Shown: positions 26,086-38,992 of the stretch, in pieces
Layout: each line of letters opens with the position of its first letter
How positions within the stretch are numbered: the first letter of the stretch is position 1
Assembly: GCA_018398765.1 (NCBI GenBank)
Contig: JAHBMJ010000071.1
Location: forward strand, 1 to 58,242
Length of the DNA: 58,242 bases
Direction: 5' to 3'
DNA from: Chromera velia
Taxonomy: Eukaryota
Program-made: the position numbers and the translations under genes
The notes under the pieces: model-generated
Told to the model about the DNA's origin: nothing
Seen by the model: only the letters and a program-made list of their open reading frames with translations
The model's database searches: none

Positions 26086-28980
26086 ATGTACTCACGCAAC
26101 CCAAGGAGAGAAAACGAAAGCCAACTCATCCGAGAAAAAGTGAAAGGAAGGAAAAGGCTGTCACACCTTAGAAGGATCAAGAATGCAGGGAGATTTAGAA
26201 GAGAGTTAGATCTACAGAAAGAGAATGGAAGGAAGAAAGGGAACTCTGGGGGGACAAAGATGAGCGGTGCATCACAGCAAAGAGAAAGATGAGTAGGTTA
26301 AACAGAGAGAGCGGGAAGTTGATAGCAAGAAAAAAGAGAAAGTATGCCATTCTTCAGGCAGAGAGACTCGCTGAAGAAGCTACTAAGGACCCAACAGCCC
26401 TATGGAAATGGAGGAGGGAGAGAAAAAAGGCAGAGAGTGGGAGTGAAAGAGAAAAGCCGTCCGCCTTTTCGTTTTCAAATTTTTGGGCCAATGTGTTCAG
26501 TGGGGGCGGACTGGAGCCTCAAAAGAAGGACAAAACACCAGCTTCCCCCCCGGTACCTTTCTTTTCTTTCGATAAATGTGAGAAGATGCTGAAGGCAATC
26601 GACCTAAAGAAGGTAGCCGGCCTCGAAGGAATCTCCCCTGCGCAGGTACATTTATGCTTTTCCTCTTCTCGTCTGTCTCGTTTTCTTCTTTTCATTTTCT
26701 TCAATTTTTTTTTCTTTTTTCTTTCTGGCCAGAAAAGTGGAACTTTATTCGAATCGCTCCTGTTCCAAAAGGTCACGTCTCTCCCTGTTGTGACGAATGA
26801 AGGCCCATACATATCGTTTGCCTTCTGGCAAAGTTGTTCACGTTGTAACAGTTGATGGATGGTCAGTTAAGGGAGACAACGAATATAGATGAACGAGAGG
26901 TGGGTTTCAGGAAGGGAGTCGGTATAAAGGAAGCGATAGCTGCTCTTCATGCTCTCATGGCTTCAGTAAAGAAGAGACACAGACCCCTCCTTGCAGCGTT
27001 TGTTGACTTTAGTAAGGCATTTGACCGAGTATCCAGAAAGAAAATGATTGACAGACTTAGAGAGGAAGGAGTGAGTGAAAAGGACGTGTACATGATTTAT
27101 TCCATGTATATAAATGTGTGGGGAAGGGTGGATGGGTTGGATTGGGTCTTTCCTGAAAGTGCAGGGGTAAAACAGGGAGATCTATTTTCTCCTCTTCTTT
27201 TTCTTTTATTTATTAATAATATTCATTCTGCTCTGAGTGTTGAAGGGAAGGAAGCTAATAATGGTTTGGATGGGGAATCAGATACGGATGAAAGACAGAG
27301 GGGGGGAGAATGTGGAGAGAGGAGGGAGGAGGGTGAAACCTAGGGTGAAACAACGGAGCAGTGACCCTACATCCCTGAGGAGGTAAGATTGGTGGACTTA
27401 CTGCTTAAGAGCATAGGTTACGCAGACGATCTTGTTATTTTTGCTCACTCTTCTTCTGACCTGCAGTGGCGTTTGGACCGTTTGGCCTCTTATTATCAGA
27501 AACATGGGTTGAAAGTGAATTTAAAGAAAACAAAAGTTCTTGCACTCTCAGGCTCAAGAAGGGAAATAGAAGGGGAAGTGACTTTTGAAAGGAAGACAGT
27601 TGAACGTGTAGAGAGCTATAAATACCTTGGGTGTTATGTGTTTGAAGGAGGGGACCCAAAAAAGTTAGTCAAGGACCGACTTGAAAGTGCTGAACGCTGT
27701 TTAGGGGCAGTGATGGGCACTTGGCAATGTTCATCCTTAGGTCCTTTGCCCCCTTGATGCAAAGTTCGTTTACTACAGGCGCTCTGGGAGCCGGTGGCAA
27801 CGTACTCGCTGGAAGCCTTGCCAGTAAGTTAGAGAGATATCGTTGCACTTGATGTATTGTAGCTTCGTTTTGTGTGCTGGACATTCCGTTTGCCCTATAA
27901 CTCTTTCAAGGTACCAACTTTGGTTTCAGTTGGTATACGTCCCATGAGAGAGATTCTTGTCGGTTGGGAGGTTTCATAGAAAGCATAAAGAGAACAGAAA
28001 GGGAGGTTCCTCGGGCAGTCTGAGATGCATGGCATAGATTGCTGACCCTGGTATGGGCCAATTCAGCTAGTAGCATGCTTCAGACAATCGCACCAGATCT
28101 TTTGAGAAAAGAAAGCCAGACAGGGAGAAACGGAACAAATAAATAGACACTCAGGCAGAAAGCGAGGGAAAGGGAAGGCTCAGAATGGTTGTCGGAATAG
28201 TTGACTTCAAGACCGGTTAGCGAGCATAGGCTCATCCGTTCATGTGGTATTTATCCACACAACTCCCGACTGAGTAATTTTCAGATAGAGAACCGATCGC
28301 ACCAGCGTCTGGCCATGTTGCTTTTAGGGGGGAGGGTTAGAAGAGGGTGGGGTTACACAGTTCTGAATCAATTGCATACTCTGCCTCGCTCTCTTTTGTC
28401 TGGTAGTTCTCTTTTTACCTCTCTCTTTCGAGCATATGCTGGTGGGGGAAAGAGATACAGTGGATCCTGCGAAGAACACTGTATTCACTGTCCTGCAGTC
28501 GAAGGCAAAAAGGTGATCGACGATGCGGTGCATCGATTGTCTGCATACGTGCAAACAGAGCAGCTTAGGTCCAAACTTCATTTGCTGGCAGAGAGAGTGA
28601 AAGAGAGAACAGGAATCGGTGAAAGGGTCTGCAGAGCAAGATAGACTGCTGTAGCTGGGGGAAGAGGTATCGGGGAAGAAGAGACATATGTAAGAGAGCT
28701 CATTTCATTCATTGTAGACTGGGAGCCGAAAAAGGCAAGTGCACTGATCGAAGCTTATCTGAAATGAGTGCACGCACGTCTTGTGTAGTTGTTCAGCCTT
28801 TAGCTTCAGCCTAGGCTGCGGAGGGTCGTGGTTATTCATATTTATGCGGAAGCAGGCTAAGCTGCGGCGGTTTGCTCCTCTTGTTTACAACTGCATGCAT
28901 GGGTTGCCATTTGTCTCTGGTTTCAGAGACCTTAGGCTTAACCACAATCTAGATCATAATTAAGTATGTAAAGTAAGTAT
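26086..28980 (+). mobile_element. 5'-truncated decayed LINE (non-LTR retrotransposon) A: RT plus C-terminal zinc finger
   Basis: KKVAGLEGI, GFRKG, FVDFSKAFD, GVKQGDLFSPLLF, YADD, LKVNLKKTK, YKYLG; CIHC...HRLSAY near 28480-28550; frame ends near 28767. Boundaries approximate. Confidence 0.9.
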
Positions 28981-29000
28981 AGCAATAGTAGTAAGACATG

Positions 29001-29060
29001 TTTAGTTTAGTTTAGTTTAGTGTTTAGTGATTAGTGGTACGCTAAAGCACTGTCGCCATT
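29001..29060 (-). mobile_element. Inverted ~60-bp copy of the LINE B 3' end with (ACTAA)n tail
   Basis: Reverse complement AATGGCGACAGTGCTTTAGCGTACCACTAATCACTAA matches 35778-35814 AATGGCAACAGTGCTCTAAGGCACCACTAATCACTAA. Confidence 0.75.
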
Positions 29061-29399
29061 AAAAAAGAAAACAATGATAAATCCTAATCCTAATGATTTA
29101 TCCTAATAACATTTTCTTTTTTTTTGAACATTCTGGGTTCTGCACTTGATAAATAAAAAAAAAGAAAAGAAAGAAAGTTTCCGATCTTTTTTTTTGTTTA
29201 TCAAATAAAAAGTATATAGTTTTTAATGTAACACCCTAGGCTCGTGCAACACTTTTGCAACATATGAATAACAGTTGTTTGCTTGTTGAGTGTGGTGATA
29301 AATATTATTCTGCTGTTCTCCTCATGTCTGCTGTTCTTCTCGTGTCTGCTCTAAGTTCACTTCAAGATTGGGGATGATCTAAACCCGGTTCAAAAAGAT

Positions 29400-32300
29400 A
29401 AACAAACAACGGAGAACGAGTCACTGATTCTGAGTGCGAAACCGTTACCGTCTCTCCTCCTTGCATCCCCTCATTCGTATACCACAGGGCAACTATTTCC
29501 CCAGTCCACCTCTACCACCATCTCCCATCGAGTCAAATCAGGGGAATGATGATAAGGAGGAGTTCCCAGGTCTCTGTAAAGAAGATGAAGAGGCAGAGAA
29601 AAGAGAGTCTTCGATGTTACTCAAACAAGAGATCCAAGCGATCAGGCAGAGCTTCAGAGCGGAGTTTGCTGCAGTGAAAGAGGAGATGGTCGAAATCATT
29701 GACCGGAAGCTTGATGAGAAGCTCGCACCTCTGTATCTCCGTATGGAGAGATGGGAGGAGCAGGCCTCGTTGATCTTCGATCACCTCCACCGTCACGACC
29801 AGGAGATTGCAAAACTCAAGGCTCTGATCAAGCAAGGCACCGCCAGCCTGGCAGAGGAAGAGAAGAGACTGAGAACCCGAGTGATTCTTGGCCTCTGTGT
29901 CAACTGAGCAGACGTGTACAAAGACCTGAAGGGATTCGCATACGTAGCCACCCTAGACACGGAAGGGAACCGAGGAGACGGAAAGGATAAGGCAGCCGTC
30001 TTTGTATAGGAAGCCTTTGACTCCGCAAAGTCCGTCCGTTTCAGGTCTCACCAAGCCTGGGGGGGAACCGTGACAGTGGTCTTCCGCACTGAGAAGGAGG
30101 CAGAGCGTTTCGACTTTCTTTTTAATGAAGAGAGGGCGTATATGCTCCCAAGACACGGAATAAAGAAAGAGCTCAGGTGTGTTGTCCCTCAAACGAAGGA
30201 GTAAAGAGAGCGCGCCACACAAAAGTGGGCAGAGAGTATTCTGAACGACACAGCAGCACCAGAAGACAAGGCGGAGGAGGCACGAGCAGCCCTGTGCTGC
30301 CTTGGTATCCCGCTTTCCGAGCAGCCCCAGCCAGTGCCGCCCGGCGTTCCCCCTCCCAGAGAAGGAGACAAACCCATAAATGGCATAGAAAACGATCACA
30401 TCCCGTGTGACCCGATTCCCCAGACTCCCGAGAAGGTGCTCACTGGCAAGGAAAGGAAGAGAGAGAGAGACAGAGAGGGAAAAAGGAAGTTGAACTTCGA
30501 GGGGGGTGCACACGCACCCTCTGAGGAGGGAAAGTGAGAAGAAAAAAAGAGAGGGGAAGCAGAAGAAGAATGGAGGAGAATGCGCTTTCCCTCCATAACA
30601 TGCTCTCACGGTTGGCACAATTGGAAGGAAACAAAGAAAGATTGACTGCGCAGCTGAGAGAAAAACAGCTGTGTATCAGAGAATGGAAAGAAAATATTCT
30701 TGTGTTGAGAAATGAGTTGAGTGCGAGGATAAGAAAAAAGATGGAAGAACTGTTTGCAAGGAAGGCGGTAAGAATGATGGAGATGCGCGGGCAGGGGGAA
30801 TATCTAAGACGGACCTGGGATGACGAGGAGACGGACAGGGATAGTGACGGCGCCGGGGTAAGAAGATCAAGCTCCTCTGCAGCACCAGACTTCCAATCAA
30901 AAAACAGATTTGAAGCCTTGGGAGATGAGGAAGATTATGAATCAGAGGTGCCGAAAACAATGCAGACGGACGAATGTACTTCCAACCTTACACCCATTAC
31001 TCAAAAAAGCATGGAACCCCATGTACTTTCGTCTATTCTTCAAAGCATTGAGGCTATAACCCCCTCGGAGCAGGAGGAAGGATGAAGGAACAACCCAAAC
31101 CCGGCCTGCTGGGGGAAAGGGGGACGGAGAGGCCAGAGGACTTCCCAAAGGCCTCTCTAAGCCCGGTAAGTGGGGACGGGAAGGGCAGAGGTCACTCGTT
31201 TCCTCTAGTATTTGCTAACATAACATACAAACCCGAACTTACACTTTTGTCCCCCCCTCCCCTTTTGTACAGGGCTCACCGGAGAGGTGGAGGAGCAGGA
31301 AACGGGAGGATAGACGCGCACGACACGAGCCAAGATCATCAGCAAGGCACCAGACAGTCTTCCGGGCGATCTTCTGGGGAAGAAGGGAGAGGAGGTGAGG
31401 GGGATCGGCATGGGGGGATGGAAGAGAGAAGGGAAGGGGAAAGGGAAGAGACTGAATCAGATAGAATCTCGTTACGCACTCCGTCAGAAAGCGACTTCTA
31501 AGCAAACGTTCAGCTGTCTCTCTCCTCTGAGTCCGAAAATGAAATGGAAAAAAGAAAAAAGGAAGGAGTAATGTGGGTAGCCTGGCTGAACTGCAAAGGG
31601 GGACAGAGAGGGTTGCAGCTCTGTTTGTACTCCAAAGAGTTTGAAAGCGAGTTTGAGGCAGCAGACATCCTTTTTCTGCCTGAAAGTTGTTCGTCACTGA
31701 AGGAGTGTAGGACAGTCAAGGGAAAGAAAGAAGGCAAGAACTTTCCGTTGATTTCAAAAAGGGGGGAAACAATGACCAGCACGGGGGGGGTAGCTGTTCT
31801 TCTCAGCCGTAGGGCAAGAAGTGCGGGATGGGAAGAGGAACGACTGAGCAATGCCGCAGCGATAGTACGACATCCTAACTTAAACACGCCTCTTTTATGC
31901 AGGGTGTACGACCCGTACGCAGATTTTACGTACGTGGACGACACATTCCTTACAGACTTGAAAGACCGTTTAGAAGAGAAACGTAGGGAGGGAGGGGGAA
32001 GGAGACGGACAGTCTGTGTAGGGGGGGACTTCAATACGAGGACTGGCAGCGAAGCGCTAAGACTCACGTTTAGAGAGAACATGGGGGAGGGGGTGAGGGG
32101 GGCAGATGTGGAAAAAGGAAGAGACGCCTTTCAGACCAATGAGACAGTTAAAAGACAGGGTGGTGAACTGAAAAGGAAAAAGGATGATCTCTTTCTGCGA
32201 AGAAACAGAGATTATCCCGATCAATGGGCTGCGAGAGTGCAAGGTCGCAGGGGATTTGATGATTCGTTTACTTTTTCTGCATTGGGGCGGGATGCATGGG

Positions 32301-35300
32301 CGGTGAATGATTATGTATGTGTATCCCCTGAACTTTTGTTGAGATTTCAAGACTTTTCAGTGAGACATGTTCACTCAATCACCACCGATCACGCTGCCCT
32401 GTGGCTTTGCCTGCGATTTCCAAGAAGCGAAAACGGAAGGAAAGGAAAAGAGAGAGCCAAAAAAACAGAAAAAGAGCTCCCAGAAAGGGATCAGATAAAG
32501 AAACAATGGTGGGGACCTCTGCCAGAAAGGGCAGAAAAGAAGTTTTTAGATAGCTTGCAGGAAAGTCTGGAGAAAGAAGGAATAGAAAAGGAATTCAACA
32601 AGATAATAAATGTAGCAAAAAGAGTGAGAGTGATGAAAGAAAGCTTAGACAGGCTCTACAGACAGCTGCACGATATAGTGGAGAGAGAATACAAACGAGT
32701 AGCAAAGAAAGAAAAGAAATTTTGAAGAGGAGTAAAAGTAAAAGAAGGAAACAGCCCAGAGATCATCATAAGAAGAAATCTAAAGGAAGTGAAAAAGACC
32801 GAGTCGAGAGCGGGAGAGAAAGTGAGACAAAGCAAAGAAAAACTTGAAAAAGAAAAAAGTGAGGAAGCTGAGAATGAATTCAGAGAAGCAAAAAAAGAGC
32901 TACACATAGTAAGCAAGGAGAGAAGAAAGGCTATGCAAAAAGAAGCAGCGAGACAGAAATATAAAAGAATTGAAGAGATAAAGAAAGAGATCAGAGAGCC
33001 AGGAAGAGCATGGAAGATCTGGAACAAGCTAGGCAAAAAAAAAGAGGTCAGAAAGGAAAACGCGCTAACAGAGGATGAGAAGGCAAACGAATGGGCAGAA
33101 CAATGGAAGGAGAACGAGGAGGAAACAAGGAAACAGGACGAGTAACTCACCTTTACAGACAGAAAGTCAGGAAAGGTAGTAAAAGCGAGGGTGACCAACT
33201 TATGCAAGACTTTTGAGGCTCTCACAGAGGCAAGAGAATGGAGGATAAGAATAGACAGTATAAAAGACTGGATGAAGAAAACAGAAAATCCAAAGAAGGC
33301 AGCAGGGAAAGACGGAATGCTTCCAGGCATCTTAGGGGTGATAGCAAAGTCAGAGTCGGTGGTTGACTGCTACAACTGCTTGCTGAATGTGTGTGCTCAC
33401 TTTGTATGGTGACTAGAGGGGTGGAATGATCTAGTGATTGCTGCTGTCCCAAAGCCAGAAAAACTGCAAAACGTACAGAAAGGATACAGACCAATTCACT
33501 TAGATTCTACAGATGCGAAGTGGGGAGAACTGGAGATCAGAGATGCGGTAGAGAAAGAGGGGAGCGGGAAAAGGAATGAAGTGCAGTTTGCATATAAGAA
33601 GGGGGTGGGGACTCTGAATGCTATTTTTCTTTTGCTTCAATCGATTGTACGTTTTGAGTGTCTGTATGTTTCTTTCATTGATTTTACGAGCCCGTTCGAT
33701 GAAGCGAGTTATCGGATGATGGAAGTTCAATTGAGAAAGCATGGAGTGTCAGAAAAGACCATCAAGTGGGTGGCCGCATCTCTTCAAAACATCAGGGCAA
33801 GGATGAGGGGAACGGACTGGTGGTTCAGAGAAAGCAAGGGGTCAAAGCAAGGCGGGCCGGCTGGTCTTTCTTTATTTTCTACATATATTAACGACATGCC
33901 AGAAGAGATCAAGAAAAGAGCAAGGCTGATAGGGAGGGGGCCAAAGCTCTAGAGAGACGCAGGCGGGTTGGAGGAAGACTTCCCCGTCGGCTTCTTTGTA
34001 GACGACACCTACCTGAAGTCAGCGAAGGCAAAGGAGATGGAAAGATTGCTGAGAGCTCTCGAGGAATACGTAGAGCCCCTCAGACTTCTTTTGTCAGATA
34101 AATTAAGGTTCGTCAAGTTTTGCTGGTCAGAAAGGGAAAGGGGAAGAAAGAAATCTTTTGTTTTGGGAGAGAAAGAGTTAGAGCAGGCAAAAGAATACCC
34201 ATATCTTGGTTTGTTGTTGACAGAAGATTGCTTAGTAGATGCAATGATGAAAGAAAGAACAGTGAAAGTAGAAAGACTCTTTTTTGCGCTAAAAAGTAAG
34301 ATCACATCAGCAGGAGAGATTCCCACAGCCACTTGCTTCCATTGGTTCAAACAGACAGTGTGTGCTATATGGCTGTATGGCTGTGAAGTGCATTCACATT
34401 CGCAGAAGTCTTTGGCAGACTTCGATCGATTGCAGAGGAGGTTCATTCGATGGGTTTTCTAGTTAAAAGAGAAAGAAAGCATACACACAACCTTTTTGGA
34501 GGCAGGCTTGCTCCCCATTGACTCAGTTGTAGCTCAGAGAATGCTGTTGTGGGCACAAAAAGTTTTGAAGAAAACAAGAAATATACCAACAGGCCATGCG
34601 CTTGCCAAGTCAATTCAGGAGGGGGTGGACAGTGATTTGAAGGGGGGAAGACAACATCCTTTTCACTTTTTTCCTCATCTGAAGAAATGTGCTCAAACTC
34701 TTTTTCCACACAGACGAAGCAACCCTTTTTATATCAGGAAAGAGCCAGAAGCAGCAGGAAGACAGCCGGCATTTGAACAGAGAGACCAGAGAGTAAGATG
34801 AGTTAGTACACTACAGAGAGAATCGGTAGCAAAAAGAAAGAACGAAGTCTTTGCGGAAAGAATAGAGAGCGCAATGCAAAAGAAAAAAGAAAACGAGAGA
34901 AAAGAACTGCAAGAAAGATCACTGATGCATCCGATTCACATTGTAATATCAAATAGAAACCGCTTGAACTTGTGGCTACACAGCAAACAGACAGATGAAA
35001 GAAACAGAGAAAATGGTCTCTCAATTGAGAGAGAAAACATCGGGTGAACCCCTGTATACTACAGAAAGGTTGCACCTTGGTCAGTCCACAGAAGAAGAGC
35101 AGCATTCAGGGTGGGAAAGAGGAGCCTTGAGGTCAATAAGGGGAAATTCTCTCTTGATGGAGGGAGAAGGACCCCGCTGCACGACAGAAAATGCATTGTT
35201 TGCTCTGATTTTCTTGGCATCCAGGTGGTTGAAGACGAAGTACATGTTCTAACCGAGTATCCCTTGCATAATACCATATAATGCCGAGAGGGCTGTTTGC

Positions 35301-35821
35301 TTGCAGGCTCTTTCAAACACATGGAATGAAGAGAGGGGGGAAAGAGCAACAAGAAAGCTAAAATGGGGAGAGGGGACAAACACGAAGACAGAAAGCCTTG
35401 CCTTGTTTTCTTTTCTTTTAAGTGAGACAGATGGAAACGTCGACAAGTTTTTGAAGGATATTGTCATAAAACGAGCTGCCGTAAAGGAATACCGCAAGAG
35501 AAATGCATGCAGCCTGCAAGATGTATCAAGCATCCAGCTGGACCAAGCCTACCAAATCCTTTGGTCAAATGAAAAGGAAAGAAACAAAAGACAGATAGAG
35601 TATTCAGCAACATGGCAGCAAATGAAGTAAGCAAAGGAAGAGGGAGAAACCAAAGGGTTGAGTGACTGGGAAGTAATGAGATTGGCCTCTAATCGATCGA
35701 CCGTTTGTTTTGAGATGCCTCCGTTTGAAGCCTGTTTGAGCTCCGCCAGGTCGATCGGCAGGCCCTTTATAAGACAAAATGGCAACAGTGCTCTAAGGCA
35801 CCACTAATCACTAATCACTAA
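29400..35821 (+). mobile_element. Near full-length decayed LINE B: ORF1 plus ORF2 (APE endonuclease, RT, CCHC)
   Basis: ORF1 fragments 29434-31085 (coiled coil, KNRFEAL). APE 31544-32725 (WLNCKG, DILFLPE, GGVAVL, GGDFN, NDYVCVS, TDH). RT (KAAGKDG, YRPI, FIDF..PFD, KQGGP, FVDD, YPYLG). CIVC...EDEVHVLTEYP near 35190-35263. (ACTAATC)n tail. 5' boundary approximate. Confidence 0.93.
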
Positions 35822-36069
35822 GCATAGTCAGTGAGAGTTGATTGATTGTAGTCTTTCGCATGCGATTGATAGTAATTGATTGATTATCACGTAAACAGTT
35901 TGTGGCACAGGTTTTTTTGGCCTGTGCGGGCCGGCCAGGAAGGTCCGACGCGTGTATGCGCTTTTCCTGGACGCCGCACGTCGAGCGCTCAGCATTGGGG
36001 CAGGAGGCCAATCCTCCAGACATTAATCCTATCCAGGAGGCCAATCCTAATCCTCTAGACATTAATCCC

Positions 36070-38565
36070 TTTTGCAAGAGAAAGACTAAAAGGAAGCGTA
36101 GGACAGAGAAGAATACAGGTAGTTAACGAGAGAGTGGACGGGATAGAGAGATGGCTGCTGAAGAGAACAAAAAATGAGCTAGACGAGAAAAAGAGAGAGG
36201 CGTTTGTACATAGAATAGAAAGAAACATAAGAGAGAAGAGCAGTCAGGATAAGGCAGAACTGACAGGAGTGATGATGGCTGACGTGCACAGAAAGGTCTC
36301 AAACTGAGTCAAACGGAAACCGTCTCCACCTTTCTCTGTTTGAAGACAGAGCAGGTAGAAAGGTTGGCTCGACAATGAAAATAGACAGAGAGAGAATAGA
36401 GAGAGCCCTTTTTTACTATACGAGAGTGGCGCCACGATTGGAACACAGGAGGAGAGCAGTATGCAGGGTAGGAGATAGGGCTATAGCTGCGACTCAGGGA
36501 AAAATTCTGGTAAGGGGGGGAGAGAAGGTGCCGTTACAGAAAAGGATGTGCCAGTTCTGTCGAGGATGGTTGGGAATCGAGGTCGTGGAAGATGAAATCC
36601 ATCTGGTGACAGAATATCCTGCTTTTAACAGAGAGAGAGCAGAGATGTTTAGAAAGATAGAAGAGAAATGGGACAGCAAGATGGAAGAAAGAGCCAGAAA
36701 GGCAGCCACAGAAAGAGAAGGGCTCAACAAAGAAGAGGGAAAAAGAGACAACTCGACGCTTTTCTGCTTTCTGTTGAATGAATGTCATGCCGGAGTGGAT
36801 GAGTTTTTGGGATGGGCGTCATTCAGACGGAGGGTGTTTGAAGAATGTCCAGGATAGTACGGACACATAGAGGGAGACGCTCTAGCGGCCAGATATACAG
36901 GAATCACCGGAAGGCAGCGGGCGATCGAGAGACTACGCATAGACGTGGGCGGGCGGGACATGAGGGGGGTCCTAATCAAAAACCGGACCCCGCCGCCCAC
37001 ACTGCACGATTTTGGCCTTATATAAGGAAAGGAGAAGAGAGCTCTGCCTTCCTTTCTTCCCGCTTCTGAACCCCATCCAACTTACCTAGGAGACGTCAGT
37101 TCGTCTCTCTAGACTCTCTCTAGCTGCTTGGTGCAGAAAAAACGACTCCAATACACACAGGGAGTGCAAAGAACGGACGTCTGAGCTCTGACACCTGAAG
37201 AGGCTAAAGAGGCCTCCCTGGACTCAGAAGTGAATAAAGGGCTGTGATGTATCAATGATGATAAAATGCATACCGACACACTCCATCTGGTCCAGGTAAT
37301 TTATTTCTAACAGGAGACAACGAATGGTTGGTGCACTGTGGACTTCAAGTGATAAGTCTGCCCAGGAACAGAAAGATACACTCCAGGCGGCAGCCTATGT
37401 GAAATCGCCGGAAGACCTTTCTCTTTCTTGAGTGCCTCCAACCTGCATCCAGCGCACAGAGGTACTGCCCAACACGCATACGATCATGTCTAGAGGGAAT
37501 GAGTAAGACAGAACGACCTACCTGGGGAAGTGGAAGTTGATCAATGCTCCAGAGACATCACTTCACCACAACAAAGATACAAAAGAATTTCACCTTCCTA
37601 CAACAAGCAGACACACCAGCAACCCATCCCACTGCCCTGGAAGGATGTTAACTGATAAGAAGCACTGAGCAAAATTGTTGGGAATCGATTTCGGGGCCTC
37701 TTGGTGAAAAGAAGGAATGTTGCTCAGGAGGCCAGAAGGGCCAATTCCTGACTGTTCGCAGTATGAACTGCCAAACCCATCCAAGCAGACCAGCGGTGCA
37801 ACAAGACTTCACCCTGACACAGACACAAGCTATCTGGTCTTAAAGGAGGAGAATGGTGCAACTTTTACCACCAATACTGCTCTGGACAACAAGAAGGAAA
37901 GCAAGGCAAGAGGGAACGAACTTGGCCCTCTGCAGATATCTGTAAGCTTTCTGAGGTTTTTTCAGACATTTTGGTGATTTTGAGGGTGCATGACCCCGGA
38001 AAGTTGTGGTCAAAATTTCGCCAGATTTGAAATACCGGGGTCCTGACGATCATTTTGGTAGGTCGCGGGCCTCTGGGGCCACCAAGGCCGCCAGATAAGG
38101 CCATACTGCACGTTTTTGGCTTCGTATAGGGTCCTACCATTTGATTAAGACCCCCCTCATGTCCCGCCCGCCCACGTCCGTGCGTAACAAAAGAATATGA
38201 GGAGACAATTGATAACTTAGAGACGTCCGAAGGAGTGTTAGGGTGGGGAAGGAGGGAGCCGCAGAAGAAGATTGATAAAGCAAACAAGAAGAGCGAGGAA
38301 GCCCACATCACATGCCGTTTCAGATCGATTTTTAGGCCGGAAAGCCAACGCGGATCCAGAGCCATGGCTCGAACAACGAACAATCATGCAGCAGTGGCTA
38401 GGGCAACAGACTCTGGCGGGCCCCGAAGGCGGGGTCTGATACCTTAGCTTAAGCTGGGGAACCAGCTAGGGAACGCCCCGCCCTGCTAGCTCTAGCGACA
38501 GATAGACATAGCGGGAAGGCCCTAGGGCGGAACATATCAATCAATCAATCAATCAATCAAATCAA
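36070..38565 (+). mobile_element. 5'-truncated LINE C (ORF2 C-terminus, 3' UTR and (ATCA)n tail), interrupted by a DNA transposon
   Basis: RMCQFC...EDEIHLVTEYP. The frame continues ...AIERL|TKEYEE... to 38447 once 36936-38186 is removed. GCCCTAGGGC hairpin, then (ATCA)n at 38536-38565. Confidence 0.85.
36936..38184. mobile_element. Non-autonomous TA-flanked TIR element (Tc1/mariner-like), 1249 bp
   Basis: ~45-bp TIRs CGCAYRGACGTGGGCGGGCGGGACATGAGGGGGGTCYTAATCAAA. TA on both sides. Excision restores the LINE C reading frame. Confidence 0.88.
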
Positions 38566-38961
38566 TCCTATCCTAAACAGAAAATCCAGAAAAAAAAAAG
38601 TTTTTCTGATATTTTTTTTTTTTTTTTTATGTAGTCACATTGTAGTGCAGGGCCTAGTCAACGTTACAAGTATATATCCAGCTAGCCTAGCAGCTATGTA
38701 TATATATATATATATATATATATAGCTCTGGATATTAATAACAATGACGCGTCATCATCGTACTCATAGATAAAGATGTAATAATAATGCACTAAGATTT
38801 GCTAGAAGATTTGCTTTTGTACTTGATTCAGCGAGCCGGCTTAACTTAGTTTAATTGCCCAGACGCTAAGCATATCATTTTGAAAACAAAATCATTCTTA
38901 AACAAATCTTTCAGCGGATATGACTCTTTTCAACCATTTGAACAAAATAAAAAAAGAAGGG

Positions 38962-38992
<31 letters not shown>

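Noticed and set aside
26086..36860. Stop-codon reassignment as an explanation for in-frame TAA/TAG/TGA
   Set aside because: In-frame stops are confined to repeats, accompany frameshifts and differ between copies. Host exons are open in the standard code.
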